Of a stretch of DNA of 64,000 bases, positions 11,587 to 26,500 are shown piece by piece. Under the pieces are notes generated by a model, which worked only from the letters and a program-made list of their open reading frames with translations, was not told the origin of the DNA and ran no database searches. Source of the stretch: Eimeria praecox (taxonomy: Eukaryota); assembly GCA_963920595.1 (NCBI GenBank), contig OY986947.1, positions 2,790,001-2,854,000 on the forward strand, written 5' to 3'. Each line of letters begins with the position of its first letter. The stretch's first letter is position 1. A program made the translations under genes and the position numbers.

Positions 11587-14500
11587 AAGGCCTGCTGCCC
11601 AAAACTCTAGCAACCCACCTCCTGCAAAGGTGCCGATGTACCTACAGTTTCGATGTTAATCCCAAGGTAAACACCAATTGAAATTTGCCCCACAGATCTT
11701 CCCTGCAGGCTTCGCGTCCCTCGACTATCTCTAGGCCCCCAACACGCGACCAAACGCTTAGCCCACGCACGCCAACAAGGCTACGCACAGGCTATCAACG
11801 CAACACACGTTTCAGTGCTAATGAGAACAACCTGCAAAGAGCACAACAAAAAAGGCCTAGAACCAATGCTGGTGCCAGCACCTGTAGCGTTGCCAGCTAT
11901 TCTGAATACCTTCGGAGTCAGTATCTTCTACTGGTTCACTTGCAGCCACCACCTCATTAGGATTTACGCATACCTTACACCCCAACCGTCCTCCGTGCTG
12001 CCTGACACTATACAGCAGACTACTCTCGCTTCAAACAAGCTGCACACAAAGCATCCATGCGGTGCGTACCTATATAAAAACACCACCAACATGCAAATCT
12101 CCCTGCTCCATTAATGCTACAGCTTTCCCTTCCACAAAATGAAACACTCACTGATTAAACTGACTTATAACGTAGCAGTGCACAACCGTAAATGCCACGA
12201 CACGCACAAGTAAATGTGCACCGAACAGACAAATCCACGTACAAACCTCTACACACTCTTAGTCACCAACCAAGCAGCCCCCTAGCGTCGAAGTACATCC
12301 TAATACTAGGTGCACAATGCATCTCAGATATCAACTCCCAGTTGCGGGGCTGCAGCAATTACCACACTTACCTCCTATCCAAACAAAACAAGGGCTGCAG
12401 CTGGTATGCAGTATGGACGAAAAGACGCCTGAAACCTGCAAGCCTGCAGCAAAGTAAACAATGTTGTAAGCAGCATGCCTTTGATCCTCTGCTTTTCTGA
12501 CTGCCTCCCGCCTCAGCACCTTGTGTTAGATGCGCTGCAACCCACATAAAACCTGCACCCAGATACACCGTACGCTACGCCCGTCCTGCGCGCTCCCTCA
12601 ACTACACACCCAACAGCTCTGCTTTTGAGCAAGCTGCACACAAGCACATCATGCGGTAGCATACATGCTGGGCGAGCCTCTCTAAAATAAAAAGCTACGC
12701 GCAAGTGGCACTGGTCCCTCGAGGCACTGGCCATCGGGTATCTAAAATCCCCAGCAGGCCGACCGGTCTACGCAGCAGCAATGCGGAAGAGCAAATGCCA
12801 CGACACACAGAAATCAGATGTCCACCAGCAGGTCTCGCCACGCGAGCATCGCTGAGCACTCTCACCCGCCAACCAAACAGCTACAAGCCATCGACATCCT
12901 TCCTGATGTCAGGCATTGAGCCGGCCTTGGACGAACCTGGACGGACCTGCAGAATAGCCAGTTGTGGAAGCCCGCACATGTACCGATTATCGACTCAAAG
13001 CACCTTCCCGTACTCATGACCACCGCCTGCATGCAGAGCTCTGGACGGATGCGCCAACATCCTAAGCGCAAGCACGATGCTGTTGGCAGCACCTGTACTA
13101 CGCCCAATTCCTCCGAGTGCATTTGGCATCAGTATCGTGTGCTTTGCTCGGGCTTGTAGACATTCTGCTCTGCAGTGCACCCGCGTTCCTCCTGAAACAA
13201 ATCACTAAACAACTCTGCGTCGGGGCAAGCTGCGCAGAAGGCAGTCTTGCTTCATCTGGCCCCCTAAAATCACCAACAACAAGCAAGTGCCGCCGCTCCG
13301 CGAGTAATGCTATCCTGTATATCCGCACGACAGTCTCTCCAATTAATTAAAAATGAATGGTATCCGATTTGAACTAACGAAGATTTAAAAATCGACGGAC
13401 TTCCAGTTTGCCTCTATAGACCGCTCTGGCGTATCCTCACAGGTGCGGCAGGGCTTTCCTGCCCTAGTATCGACGTGCAGCAGCCATGCATACAAACAAC
13501 ACTACAAGTGACAGATGCCGCCATCAGCTGCATACCTCTTGACGCTCTTCACCACCTACAGCGCACTTGCACGCCATCGAAATCCTTCCCCTAGGAAAAT
13601 GCACAACAACATTTAGATGCCACAACAGCCACCACCAAGCGTGCCACGTATTCCCGCAAAACATGTCCCAGCTCCTGTATTGCAACTTTGGCAGAAAAAC
13701 ACCTCAAAGCTGCACAGCACAAAATGCTGCAGGCAGCACGTCTAGGATACTCTACCACTCCGCGCTCCGCTCTTAGTGCCTTCGCAATCAGTATCGTGTG
13801 CAGGATGTGTTGCAGCCAGCAAGCGTCCAGCACCCGCATATACCTTTCGATGCACGCCTCCTCCGTGCCCTCTGAAACTACAAACCAAACAGCGCACCGT
13901 TCTAGCAAGCCTACCACGAAGCACCCATGCCATACACGCCTCTCTCAAGCCGCCAGAAGCAAGGAAATGCCGCTGGTTCATGGCCATAGCCTTCCTCTGC
14001 ACCCAGACAGTCCGCAAGAGATGTGACAGGCCTATGCAGTAACAATCAACAACGGCAATTGCCACAACACGTTTGAGCGAACAAAGCTTCGCTCAAACGA
14101 CGTTGCCACGTACAATTATCTACATGCTTCCATCCTCCGACGAAACAGCTGCGCGCCACCGGCTTCTTCCCTTGCATCATATGTTGCGTGGACTTTAAGC
14201 ATAACTGCACAATACCGAATTGCAGCCATCAGCAAACGTACCGACTATAAAGACAAATGAACTTCCTGCGATGACAAACAATGCGTGCAAAGGGCCTTTC
14301 CCGAGTGTGCTCCAATTTCACAGGCGCAAGCACAATGCTGTTGGCACACCGTCTACTACTGTCGACTCCTATGATTGCAGCTTTAGTCAGTATCTTGTGT
14401 TGGTTGTGCGGCATCCAGCTAATTCCTAGCACCAGCGCACACTTCCCACTAGATGCCAACTCCGAACTCTCCGAAAACTGCACACTAAGCTACATCGCAC

Positions 14501-17500
14501 ACAGACCAGCTGCACACAAAGCATTCGTGCTGTGTGCACCTCACTACTATTTCCACCAACGTGTAGATGCCGCCGACTGATGAATATTACTTTGCGACCT
14601 ACCGGAACAATCATCAGCACCGCGATAGGCCTACCCAGTAGTTCTGGGCAACGGCAAATAGAACGATATGCAGAAACCAGCTGCCCATCAACAGGTCTCC
14701 TCACGCGCATATCTCTACACACTCTAACACACAAAATACATACCTACAAGCCATCGACATAATTCCTCATGCTAGATGCCCGATGGGCCACTAACGAAAC
14801 TTCGCATTAGTGAATTGCAGCCATTAACACAAAATACCCAGAATCTAACTCACCTGCTCCCAAGAAAAATGACATCCTGTCATCAGTAGTGGATACCAAC
14901 TCTGAACCCGCTCGATCCTGGGAGCAAAACAGGTTCAATTCCATCTTTCCTCTGTGCCTAAGCACCAACGCAACCATCGCGCAAAGTCTTCAACTACCCC
15001 AACGCCATTCCCCACCTAAGCAAGATAGCAAATACTGCCGGCACGCACCCTGACGCTCGTCGAATGCTGCAGGTTCAAGCCGGGCAACTATGCCTTTGAA
15101 ACAACACATCCGAGCACAAAGGCCTGTCAGTGCACTGGCATCAGCCGCATACTGCATGCTAAGCAGCAGAGAAGTTCTTGGTAAATCTTCCCAAGACACC
15201 GTTCCTATAACGCCTCTACGGTGCATGACCAGAGTGATCTGCTGAGTGACGAAATCTGGCCCCAAGGCCTGCTGCGCAACGCTCTAGCAACCCACCTCCT
15301 GCAAAGGTGCCGATGTACCTACAGTTTCGATGTTAATCCCAAGGTAAACACCAATTGAAATTTGCCCCACAGATCTTCCCTGCAGGCTTCGCGTCCCTCG
15401 ACTATCTCTAGGCCCCCAACACGCGACCAAACGCTTAGCCCACGCACGCCAACAAGGCTACGCACAGGCTATCAACGCAACACACGTTTCAGTGCTAATG
15501 AGAACAACCTGCAAAGAGCACAACAAAAAAGGCCTAGAACCAATGCTGGTGCCAGCACCTGTAGCGTTGCCAGCTATTCTGAATACCTTCGGAGTCAGTA
15601 TCTTCTACTGGTTCACTTGCAGCCACCACCTCATTAGGATTTACGCATACCTTACACCCCAACCGTCCTCCGTGCTGCCTGACACTATACAGCAGACTAC
15701 TCTCGCTTCAAACAAGCTGCACACAAAGCATCCATGCGGTGCGTACCTATATAAAAACACCACCAACATGCAAATCTCCCTGCTCCATTAATGCTACAGC
15801 TTTCCCTTCCACAAAATGAAACACTCACTGATTAAACTGACTTATAACGTAGCAGTGCACAACCGTAAATGCCACGACACGCACAAGTAAATGTGCACCG
15901 AACAGACAAATCCACGTACAAACCTCTACACACTCTTAGTCACCAACCAAGCAGCCCCCTAGCGTCGAAGTACATCCTAATACTAGATGCACAGTGCATC
16001 TCAGATATCAACTCCCAGTTGCGGGGCTGCAGCAATTACCACACTTACCTCCTATCCAAACAAAACAAGGGCTGCAGCTGGTATGCAGTATGGGCGAAAA
16101 GACGCCTGAAACCTGCAAGCCTGCAGCAAAGTAAACAATGTTGTAGGCAGCATGCCTTTGATCCTCTGCTTTTCTGACTGCCTCCCGCCTCAGCACCTTG
16201 TGTTAGATGCGCTGCAACCCACATAAAACCTGCACCCAGATACACCATAAGCTACACCCGTCCTGCGCGCTCCCTCAACTACACACCCAACAGCTCTGCT
16301 TTTGAGCAAGCTGCACACAAGCACATCATGCGGTAGCATACATGCTGGGCGAGCCTCTCTAAAATAAAAAGCTACGCGCAAGTGGCACTGGTCCCTCGAG
16401 GCACTGGTCCATCAGATATCTAAAATCCCCAGCAGGCCGACCGGTCTACGCAGCAGCAATGCGGAAGAGCAAATGCCACGACACACAGAAATCAGATGTC
16501 CACCAGCAGGTCTCGCCACGCCAGCATCGCTGAGCACTCTCACCCGCCAACCAAACAGCTACAAGCCATCGATATCCTTCCTGATGTCAGGCATTGAGCC
16601 GGCCTTGGACGAACCTGGACGGACCTGCAGAATAGCCAGTTGTGGAAGCCCGCACATGTACCGATTATCGACTCAAAGCACCTTCCCGTACTCATGACCA
16701 CCGCCTGCATGCAGAGCTCTGGACGGATGCGCCAACATCCTAAGCGCAAGCACGATGCTGTTGGCAGCACCTGTACTACGCCCAATTCCTCCGAGTGCAT
16801 TTGGCATCAGTATCGTGTGCTTTGCTCGGGCTTGTAGACATTCTGCTCTGCAGTGCACCCCCGTTCCTCCTGAAACAAATCACTAAACAACTCTGCGTCG
16901 GGGCAAGCTGCGCAGAAGGCAGTCTTGCTTCATCTGGCCCCCTAAAATCACCAACAACAAGCAAGTGCCGCCGCTCCGCGAGTAATGCTATCCTGTATAT
17001 CCGCACGACAGTCTCTCCAATTAATTAAAAATGAATGGTATCCGATTTGAACTAACGGAGATATAAAAATCGACGGACTTCCAGTTTGCCTCTATAGACC
17101 GCTCTGGCGTATCCTCACAGGTGCGGCAGGGCTTTCCTGCCCTAGTATCGACGTGCAGCAGCCATGCATACAAACAACACTACAAGTGACAGATGCCGCC
17201 ATCAGCTGCATACCTCTTGACGCTCTTCACCACCTACAGCGCACTTGCACGCCATCGAAATCCTTCCCCTAGGAAAATGCACAACAACATGTAGATGCCA
17301 CAACAGCCACCACCAAGCGTGCCACGTATTCACGCAAAACACGTCCCAGCTCCTGTATTGCAACTTTGGCAGAAAAACACCTCAAAGCTGCACAGCACAA
17401 AATGCTGTAGGCAGCACGTCTAGGATACTCTACCACTCCGCGCTCCGCTCTTAGTGCCTTCGCAATCAGTATCGTGTGCAGGATGTGTTGCAGCCAGCAA

Positions 17501-20500
17501 ACGTCCAGCACCCGCATATTCCTTTCGATGCACGCCTCCTCCGTGCCCTCTGAAACTACAAACCAAACAGCGCACCGTTCTAGCAAGCCTACCACGAAGC
17601 ACCCATGCCATACACTCCGCTCTCAAGCCGCCAGAAGCAAGGAAATGCCGCTGGTTCATGGCCATAGCCTTCCTCTGCACCCAGACAGTCCGCAAGAGAT
17701 GTGACAGGCCTATGCAGTAACAATCAACAACGGCAATTGCCACAACACGTTTGAGCGAACAAAGCTTCGCTCAAACGACGTTGCCACGTACAATTATCTA
17801 CATGCTTCCATCCTCCGACGAAACAGCTGCGCGCCACCGGCTTCTTCCCTTGCATCATATGTTGCGTGGACTTTAAGCATAACTGCACAATACCGAATTG
17901 CAGCCATCAGCAAACGTACCGACTATAAAGACAAATGAACTTCCTGCGATGACAAACAATGCGTGCAAAGGGCCTTTCCCGAGTGTGCTCCAATTTCACA
18001 GGCGCAAGCACAATGCTGTTGGCACACCGTCTACTACTGTCGACTCCTATGATTGCAGCTTTAGTCAGTATCTTGTGTTGGTTGTGCGGCATCCAGCTAA
18101 TTCCTAGCACCAGCGCACACTTCCCACTAGATGCCAACTCCGAACTCTCCGAAAACTGCACACTAAGCTACATCGCACACAGACCAGCTGCACACAAAGC
18201 ATTCGTGCTGTGTGCACCTCACTACTATTTCCACCAACGTGTAGATGCCGCCGACTGATGAATATTACTTTGCGACCTACCGGAACAATCATCAGCACCG
18301 CGATAGGCCTACCCAGTAGTTCTGGGCAACGGCAAATAGAACGATATGCAGAAACCAGCTGCCCATCAACAGGTCTCCTCACGCGCATATCTCTACACAC
18401 TCTAACACACAAAATACATACCTACAAGCCATCGACATAATTCCTCATGCTAGATGCCCGATGGGCCACTAACGAAACTTCGCATTAGTGAATTGCAGCC
18501 ATTAACACAAAATACCCAGAATCTAACTCACCTGCTCCCAAGAAAAATGACATCCTGTCATCAGTAGTGGATACCAACTCTGAACCCGCTCGATCCTGGG
18601 AGCAAAACAGGTTCAATTCCATCTTTCCTCTGTGCCTAAGCACCAAAGCAACCATCGCGCAAAGTCTTCAACTACCCCAACGCCATTCCCCACCTAAGCA
18701 AGATAGCAAATACTGCCGGCACGCACCCTGACGCTCGTCGAATGCTGCAGGTTCAAGCCGGGCAACTATGCCTTTGAAACAACACATCCGAGCACAAAGG
18801 CCTGTCAGTGCACTGGCATCAGCCGCATACGGCATGCTAAGCAGTTGAGAAGTTCTTGGTAAATCTTCCCAAGACACCGTTCCTATAACGCCTCTACGGT
18901 GCATGACCAGAGTGATCTGCTGAGTGACGAAATCTGGCCCCAAGGCCTGCTGCGCAACGCTCTAGCAACCCACCTCCTGCAAAGGTGCCGATGTACCTAC
19001 AGTTTCGATGTTAATCCCAAGGTAAACACCAATTGAAATTTGCCCCACAGATCTTCCCTGCAGGCTTCGCGTCCCTCGACTATCTCTAGGCCCCCAACAC
19101 GCGACCAAACGCTTAGCCCACGCACGCCAACAAGGCTACGCACAGGCTATCAACGCAACACACGTTTCAGTGCTAATGAGAACAACCTGCAAAGAGCACA
19201 ACAAAAAAGGCCTAGAACCAATGCTGGTGCCAGCACCTGTAGCGTTGCCAGCTATTCTGAATACCTTCGGAGTCAGTATCTTCTACTGGTTCACTTGCAG
19301 CCACCACCTCATTAGGATTTACGCATACCTTACACCCCAACCGTCCTCCGTGCTGCCTGACACTATACAGCAGACTACTCTCGCTTCAAACAAGCTGCAC
19401 ACAAAGCATCCATGCGGTGCGTACCTATATAAAAACACCACCAACATGCAAATCTCCCTGCTCCATTAATGCTACAGCTTTCCCTTCCACAAAATGAAAC
19501 ACTCACTGATTAAACTGACTTATAACGTAGCAGTGCACAACCGTAAATGCCACGACACGCACAAGTAAATGCGCACCGAAGAGACAAATCCACGTACAAA
19601 CCTCTACACACTCTTAGTCACCAACCAAGCAGCACCCTAGCGTCGAAGGACATCCTAATACTAGGTGCACAATGCATCTCAGATATCAACGCCCAGTTGC
19701 GGAGTTGCCGCCATCACCACACTTACCTCCTATCCAAACAAAACAAGGGCTGCAGTTGGTATGCAGTATGGGCGAAAAGACGCCTGAAACCTGCAAGCCT
19801 GCAGCAAAGTAAACAATGTTGTAGGCAGCATGCCTTTGATCCTCTGCTTTTCTGACTGCCTCCCGCCTCAGCACCTTGTGTTAGATGCGCTGCAACCCAC
19901 ATAAAACCTGCACCCAGATACACCATAAGCTACACCCGTCCTGCGCGCTCCCTCAACTACACACCCAACAGCTCTGCTTTTGAGCAAGCTGCACACAAGC
20001 ACATCATGCGGTAGCATACATGCTGGGCGAGCCTCTCTAAAATAAAAAGCTACGCGCAAGTGGCACTGGTCCCTCGAGGCACTGGTCCATCAGATATCTA
20101 AAATCCCCAGCAGGCCGACCGGTCTACGCAGCAGCAATGCGGAAGAGCAAATGCCACGACACACAGAAATCAGATGTCCACCAGCAGGTCTCGCCACGCC
20201 AGCATCGCTGAGCACTCTCACCCGCCAACCAAACAGCTACAAGCCATCGATATCCTTCCTGATGTCAGGCATTGAGCCGGCCTTGGACGAACCTGGACGG
20301 ACCTGCAGAATAGCCAGTTGTGGAAGCCCGCACATGTACCGATTATCGACTCAAAGCACCTTCCCGTACTCATGACCACCGCCTGCATGCAGAGCTCTGG
20401 ACGGATGCGCCAACATCCTAAGCGCAAGCACGATGCTGTTGGCAGCACCTGTACTACGCCCAATTCCTCCGAGTGCATTTGGCATCAGTATCGTGTGCTT

Positions 20501-23500
20501 TGCTCGGGCTTGTAGACATTCTGCTCTGCAGTGCACCCCCGTTCCTCCTGAAACAAATCACTAAACAACTCTGCGTCGGGGCAAGCTGCGCAGAAGGCAG
20601 TCTTGCTTCATCTGGCCCCCTAAAATCACCAACAACAAGCAAGTGCCGCCGCTCCGCGAGTAATGCTATCCTGTATATCCGCACGACAGTCTCTCCAATT
20701 AATTAAAAATGAATGGTATCCGATTTGAACTAACGGAGATATAAAAATCGACGGACTTCCAGTTTGCCTCTATAGACCGCTCTGGCGTATCCTCACAGGT
20801 GCGGCAGGGCTTTCCTGCCCTAGTATCGACGTGCAGCAGCCATGCATACAAACAACACTACAAGTGACAGATGCCGCCATCAGCTGCATACCTCTTGACG
20901 CTCTTCACCACCTACAGCGCACTTGCACGCCATCGAAATCCTTCCCCTAGGAAAATGCACAACAACATGTAGATGCCACAACAGCCACCACCAAGCGTGC
21001 CACGTATTCACGCAGAACACGTCCCAGCTCCTGTATTGCAACTTTGGCAGAAAAACACCTCAAAGCTGCACAGCACAAAATGCTGTAGGCAGCACGTCTA
21101 GGATACTCTACCACTCCGCGCTCCGCTCTTAGTGCCTTCGCAATCAGTATCGTGTGCAGGATGTGTTGCAGCCAGCAAACGTCCAGCACCCGCATATTCC
21201 TTTCGATGCACGCCTCCTCCGTGCCCTCTGAAACTACAAACCAAACAGCGCACCGTTCTAGCAAGCCTACCACGAAGCACCCATGCCATACACTCCGCTC
21301 TCAAGCCGCCAGAAGCAAGGAAATGCCGCTGGTTCATGGCCATAGCCTTCCTCTGCACCCAGACAGTCCGCAAGAGATGTGACAGGCCTATGCAGTAACA
21401 ATCAACAACGGCAATTGCCACAACACGTTTGAGCGAACAAAGCTTCGCTCAAACGACGTTGCCACGTACAATTATCTACATGCTTCCATCCTCCGACGAA
21501 ACAGCTGCGCGCCACCGGCTTCTTCCCTTGCATCATATGTTGCGTGGACTTTAAGCATAACTGCACAATACCGAATTGCAGCCATCAGCAAACGTACCGA
21601 CTATAAAGACAAATGAACTTCCTGCGATGACAAACAATGCGTGCAAAGGGCCTTTCCCGAGTGTGCTCCAATTTCAAAGACGCAAGCACAATGCTGTTGG
21701 CACACCGTCTACTACTGTCGACTCCTATGACTGCAGCTTTAGTCAGTATCTTGTGTTGGTTGTGCGGCATCCAGCTAATTCCTAGCACCAGCGCACACTT
21801 CCCACTAGATGCCAACTCCGAACTCTCCGAAAACTGCACACTAAGCTACATCGCACACAGACCAGCTGCACACAAAGCATTCGTGCTGTGTGCACCTCAC
21901 TACTATTTCCACCAACGTGTAGATGCCGCCGACTGATGAATATTACTTTGCGACCTACCGGAACAATCATCAGCACCGCGATAGGCCTACCCAGTAGTTC
22001 TGGGCAACGGCAAATAGAACGATATGCAGAAACCAGCTGCCCATCAACAGGTCTCCTCACGCGCATATCTCTACACACTCTAACACACAAAATACATACC
22101 TACAAGCCATCGACATAATTCCTCATGCTAGATGCCCGATGGGCCACTAACGAAACTGCGCATTAGTGAATTGCAGCCATTAACACAAAATACCCAGAAT
22201 CTAACTCATCTGCTCCCAAGAAAAATGACATCCTGTCATCAGTAGTGGATACCAACTCTGAACCCGCTCGATCCTGGGAGCAAAACAGGTTCAATTCCAT
22301 CTTTCCTCTGTGCCTAAGCACCAACGCAACCATCGCGCAAAGTCTTCAACTACCCCAACGCCATTCCCCACCTAAGCACGATAGCAAATACTGCCGGCAC
22401 GCACCCTGACGCTCGTCGAATGCTGCAGGTTCAAGCCGGGCAATTATGCCTTTGAAACAACACATCCGAGCACAAAGGCCTGTCAGTGCACTGGCATCAG
22501 CCGCATACGGCATGCTAAGCAGCTGAGAAGTTCTTGGTAAATCTTCCCAAGACACCGTTCCTATAACGCCTCTACGGTGCATGACCAGAGTGATCTGCTG
22601 AGTGACGAAATCTGGCCCCAAGGCCTGCTGCGCAACGCTCTAGCAACCCACCTCCTGCAAAGGTGCCGATGTACCTACAGTTTCGATGTTAATCCCAAGG
22701 TAAACACCAATTGAAATTTGCCCCACAGATCTTCCCTGCAGGCTTCGCGTCCCTCGACTATCTCTAGGCCCCCAACACGCGACCAAACGCTTAGCCCACG
22801 CACGCCAACAAGGCTACGCACAGGCTATCAACGCAACACACGTTTCAGTGCTAATGAGAACAACCTGCAAAGAGCCCAACAAAAAGGGCCTAGAACCAAT
22901 GCTGGTGCCAGCACCTGTAGCGTTGCCAGCTATTCTGAATACCTTCGGAGTCATTATCTTCTACTGGCTCACTTGCAGCCACCACCTCATTAGGATTTAC
23001 GCATACCTTACACCCCAACCGTCCTCCGTGCTGCCTGACACTATACAGCAGACTACTCTCGCTTCAAACAAGCTGCACACAAAGCATCCATGCGGTGCGT
23101 ACCTATATAAAAACACCACCAACATGCAAATCTCCCTGCTCCATTAATGCTACAGCTTTTCCTTCCACAAAATGAAACACTCACTGATTAAACTGACTTA
23201 TTACGTAGCAGTGCACAACCGTAAATGCCACGACACGCACAAGTAAATGTGCACCGAACAAGCAAATCCACGTACAAACCTCTACACACTCTTAGTCACC
23301 AACCAAGCAGCACCCTAGCGTCGAAGGACATCCTAATACTAGGTGCACAATGCATCTCAGATATCAACGCCCAGTTGCGGAGTTGCCGCCATCACCACAC
23401 TTACCTCCTATCCAAACAAAACAAGGGCTGCAGCTGGTATGCAGTATGGGCGAAAAGACGCCTGAAACCTGCAAGCCTGCAGCAAAGTAAACAATGTTGT

Positions 23501-26500
23501 AGGCAGCATGCCTTTGATCCTCTGCTTTTCTGACTGCCTCCCGCCTCAGCACCTTGTGTTAGATGCGCTGCAACCCACATAAAACCTGCACCCAGATACA
23601 CCATAAGCTACACCCGTCCTGCGCGCTCCCTCAACTACACACCCAACAGCTCTGCTTTTGAGCAAGCTGCACACAAGCACATCATGCTGTAGCATACATG
23701 CTGGGCGAGCCTCTCTAAAATAAAAAGCTACCCGCGAGTGGCACTGGTCCCTCGAGGCACTGGTCCATCAGATATCTAAAATCCCCAGCAGGCCGACCGG
23801 TCTACGCAGCAGCAATGCGGAAGAGCAAATGCCACGACACACAGAAATCAGATGTCCACCAGCAGGTCTCGCCACGCCAGCATCGCTGAGCACTCTCACC
23901 CGCCAACCAAACAGCTACAAGCCATCGATATCCTTCCTGATGTCAGGCATTGAGCCGGCCTTGGACGAACCTGGACGGACCTGCAGAATAGCCAGTTGTG
24001 GAAGCCCGCACATGTACCGATTATCGACTCAAAGCACCTTCCCGTACTCATGACCACCGCCTGCATGCAGAGCTCTGGACGGATGCGCCAACATCCTAAG
24101 CGCAAGCACGATGCTGTTGGCAGCACCTGTACTACGCCCAATTCCTCCGAGTGCATTTGGCATCAGTATCGTGTGCTTTGCTCGGGCTTGTAGATATTCT
24201 GCTCTGCAGTGCACCCCCGTTCCTCCTGAAACAAATCACTAAACAACTCTGCGTCGGGGCAAGCTGCACAGAAGGCAGTCTTGCTTCATCTGGCCCCCTA
24301 AAATCACCAACAACAAGCAAGTGCCGCCGCTCCGCGAGTAATGCTATCCTGTATATCCGCACGACAGTCTCTCCAATTAATTAAAAATGAATGGTATCCG
24401 ATTTGAACTAACGGAGATTTAAAAATCGACGGACTTCCAGTTTGCCTCTATAGACCGCTCTGGCGTATCCTCACAGGTGCGGCAGGGCTTTCCTGCCCTA
24501 GTATCGACGTGCAGCAGCCATGCATACAAACAACACTACAAGTGACAGATGCCGCCATCAGCTGCATACCTCTTGACGCTCTTCACCACCTACAGCGCAC
24601 TTGCACGCCATCGAAATCCTTCCCCTAGGAAAATGCACAACAACATGTAGATGCCACAACAGCCACCACCAAGCGTGCCACGTATTCACGCAAAACACGT
24701 CCCAGCTCCTGTATTGCAACTTTGGCAGAAAAACACCTCAAAGCTGCACAGCACAAAATGCTGTAGGCAGCACGTCTAGGATACTCTACCACTCCGCGCT
24801 CCGCTCTTAGTGCCTTCGCAATCAGTATCGTGTGCAGGATGTGTTGCAGCCAGCAAGCGTCCAGCACCCGCATATACCTTTCGATGCACGCCTCCTCCGT
24901 GCCCTCTGAAACTACAAACCAAACAGCGCACCGTTCTAGCAAGCCTACCACGAAGCACCCATGCCATACACTCCGCTCTCAAGCCGCCAGAAGCAAGGAA
25001 ATGCCGCTGGTTCATGGCCATAGCCTTCCTCTGCACCCAGACAGTCCGCAAGAGATGTGACAGGCCTATGCAGTAACAATCAACAACGGCAATTGCCACA
25101 ACACGTTTGAGCGAACAAAGCTTCGCTCAAACGACGTTGCCACGTACAATTATCTACATGCTTCCATCCTCCGACGAGACAGCTGCGCGCCACCGGCTTC
25201 TTCCCTGACATCATATGTTGCGTGGACTTTGAGCATAACTGCACAATACCGAATTGCAGCCATCAGCAAACGTACCGACTATAAAGACAAATGAACTTCC
25301 TACGATGACAAACAATGCGTGCAAAGGGCCTTTCCCGAGTGTGCTCCAATTTCAAAGACGCAAGCACAATGCTGTTGGCACACCGTCTACTACTGTCGAC
25401 TCCTATGACTGCAGCTTTAGTCAGTATCTTGTGTTGGTTGTGCGGCATCCAGCTAATTCCTAGCACCAGCGCACACTTCCCACTAGATGCCAACTCCGAA
25501 CTCTCCGAAAACTGCACACTAAGCTACATCGCACACAGACCAGCTGCACACAAAGCATTCGTGCTGTGTGCACCTCACTACTATTTCCACCAACGTGTAG
25601 ATGCCGCCGACTGATGAATATTACTTTGCGATCCACCGGGACAATCATCAGCACCGCGATAGGCCTACCCAGCAGTTCTGGGCAACGGCAAATAGAACGA
25701 TATGCAGAAACCAGCTGCCCATCAACAGGTCTCCTCACGCGCATATCTCTACACACTCTAACACACAAAATACATACCTACAAGCCATCGACATAATTCC
25801 TCATGCTAGATGCCCGATGGGCCACTAACGAAACTGCGCATTACTGAATTGCAGCCATTAACACAAAATAACCAGAATCTAACTCATCTGCTCCCAAGAA
25901 AAATGACATCCTGCCATCAGTAGTGGATAACAACTCTGAACCCACTCGATCCTGGGAGCAAAACAGGTTCAATTCCATCTTTCCTCTGTGCCTAAGCACC
26001 AACGCAACCATCGCGCAAAGTCTTCAACTACCCCAACGCCATTCCCCACCTAAGCAAGATAGCAAATACTGCCGGCACGCACCCTGACGCTCGTCGAATG
26101 CTGCAGGTTCAAGCCGGGCAACTATGCCTTTGAAACAACACATCCGAGCACAAAGGCCTGTCAGTGCACTGGCATCAGCCGCATACTGCATGCTAAGCAG
26201 CAGAGAAGTTCTTGGCAAATCTTCCCAAGACACCGTTCCTATAACGCCTCTACGGTGCATGACCAGAGTGATCTGCTGAGTGACGAAATCTGGCCCCAAG
26301 GCCTGCTGCTCAAAACTCTAGCAACCCACCTCCTGCAAAGGTGCCGATGTACCTACAGTTTCGATGTTAATCCCAAGGTAAACACCAATTGAAATTTGCC
26401 CCACAGATCTTCCCTGCAGGCTTCGCGTTCCTCGACTATCTCTAGGCCCCCAACACGCGACCAAACGCTTAGCCCACGCACGCCAACAAGGCTACGCACA

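Noticed and set aside
11918..12660. Definite box C/D snoRNA in each intron
   Set aside because: CTGA is present in many monomers, but RTGATGA and a terminal stem are not conserved. Kept only as an alternative reading.
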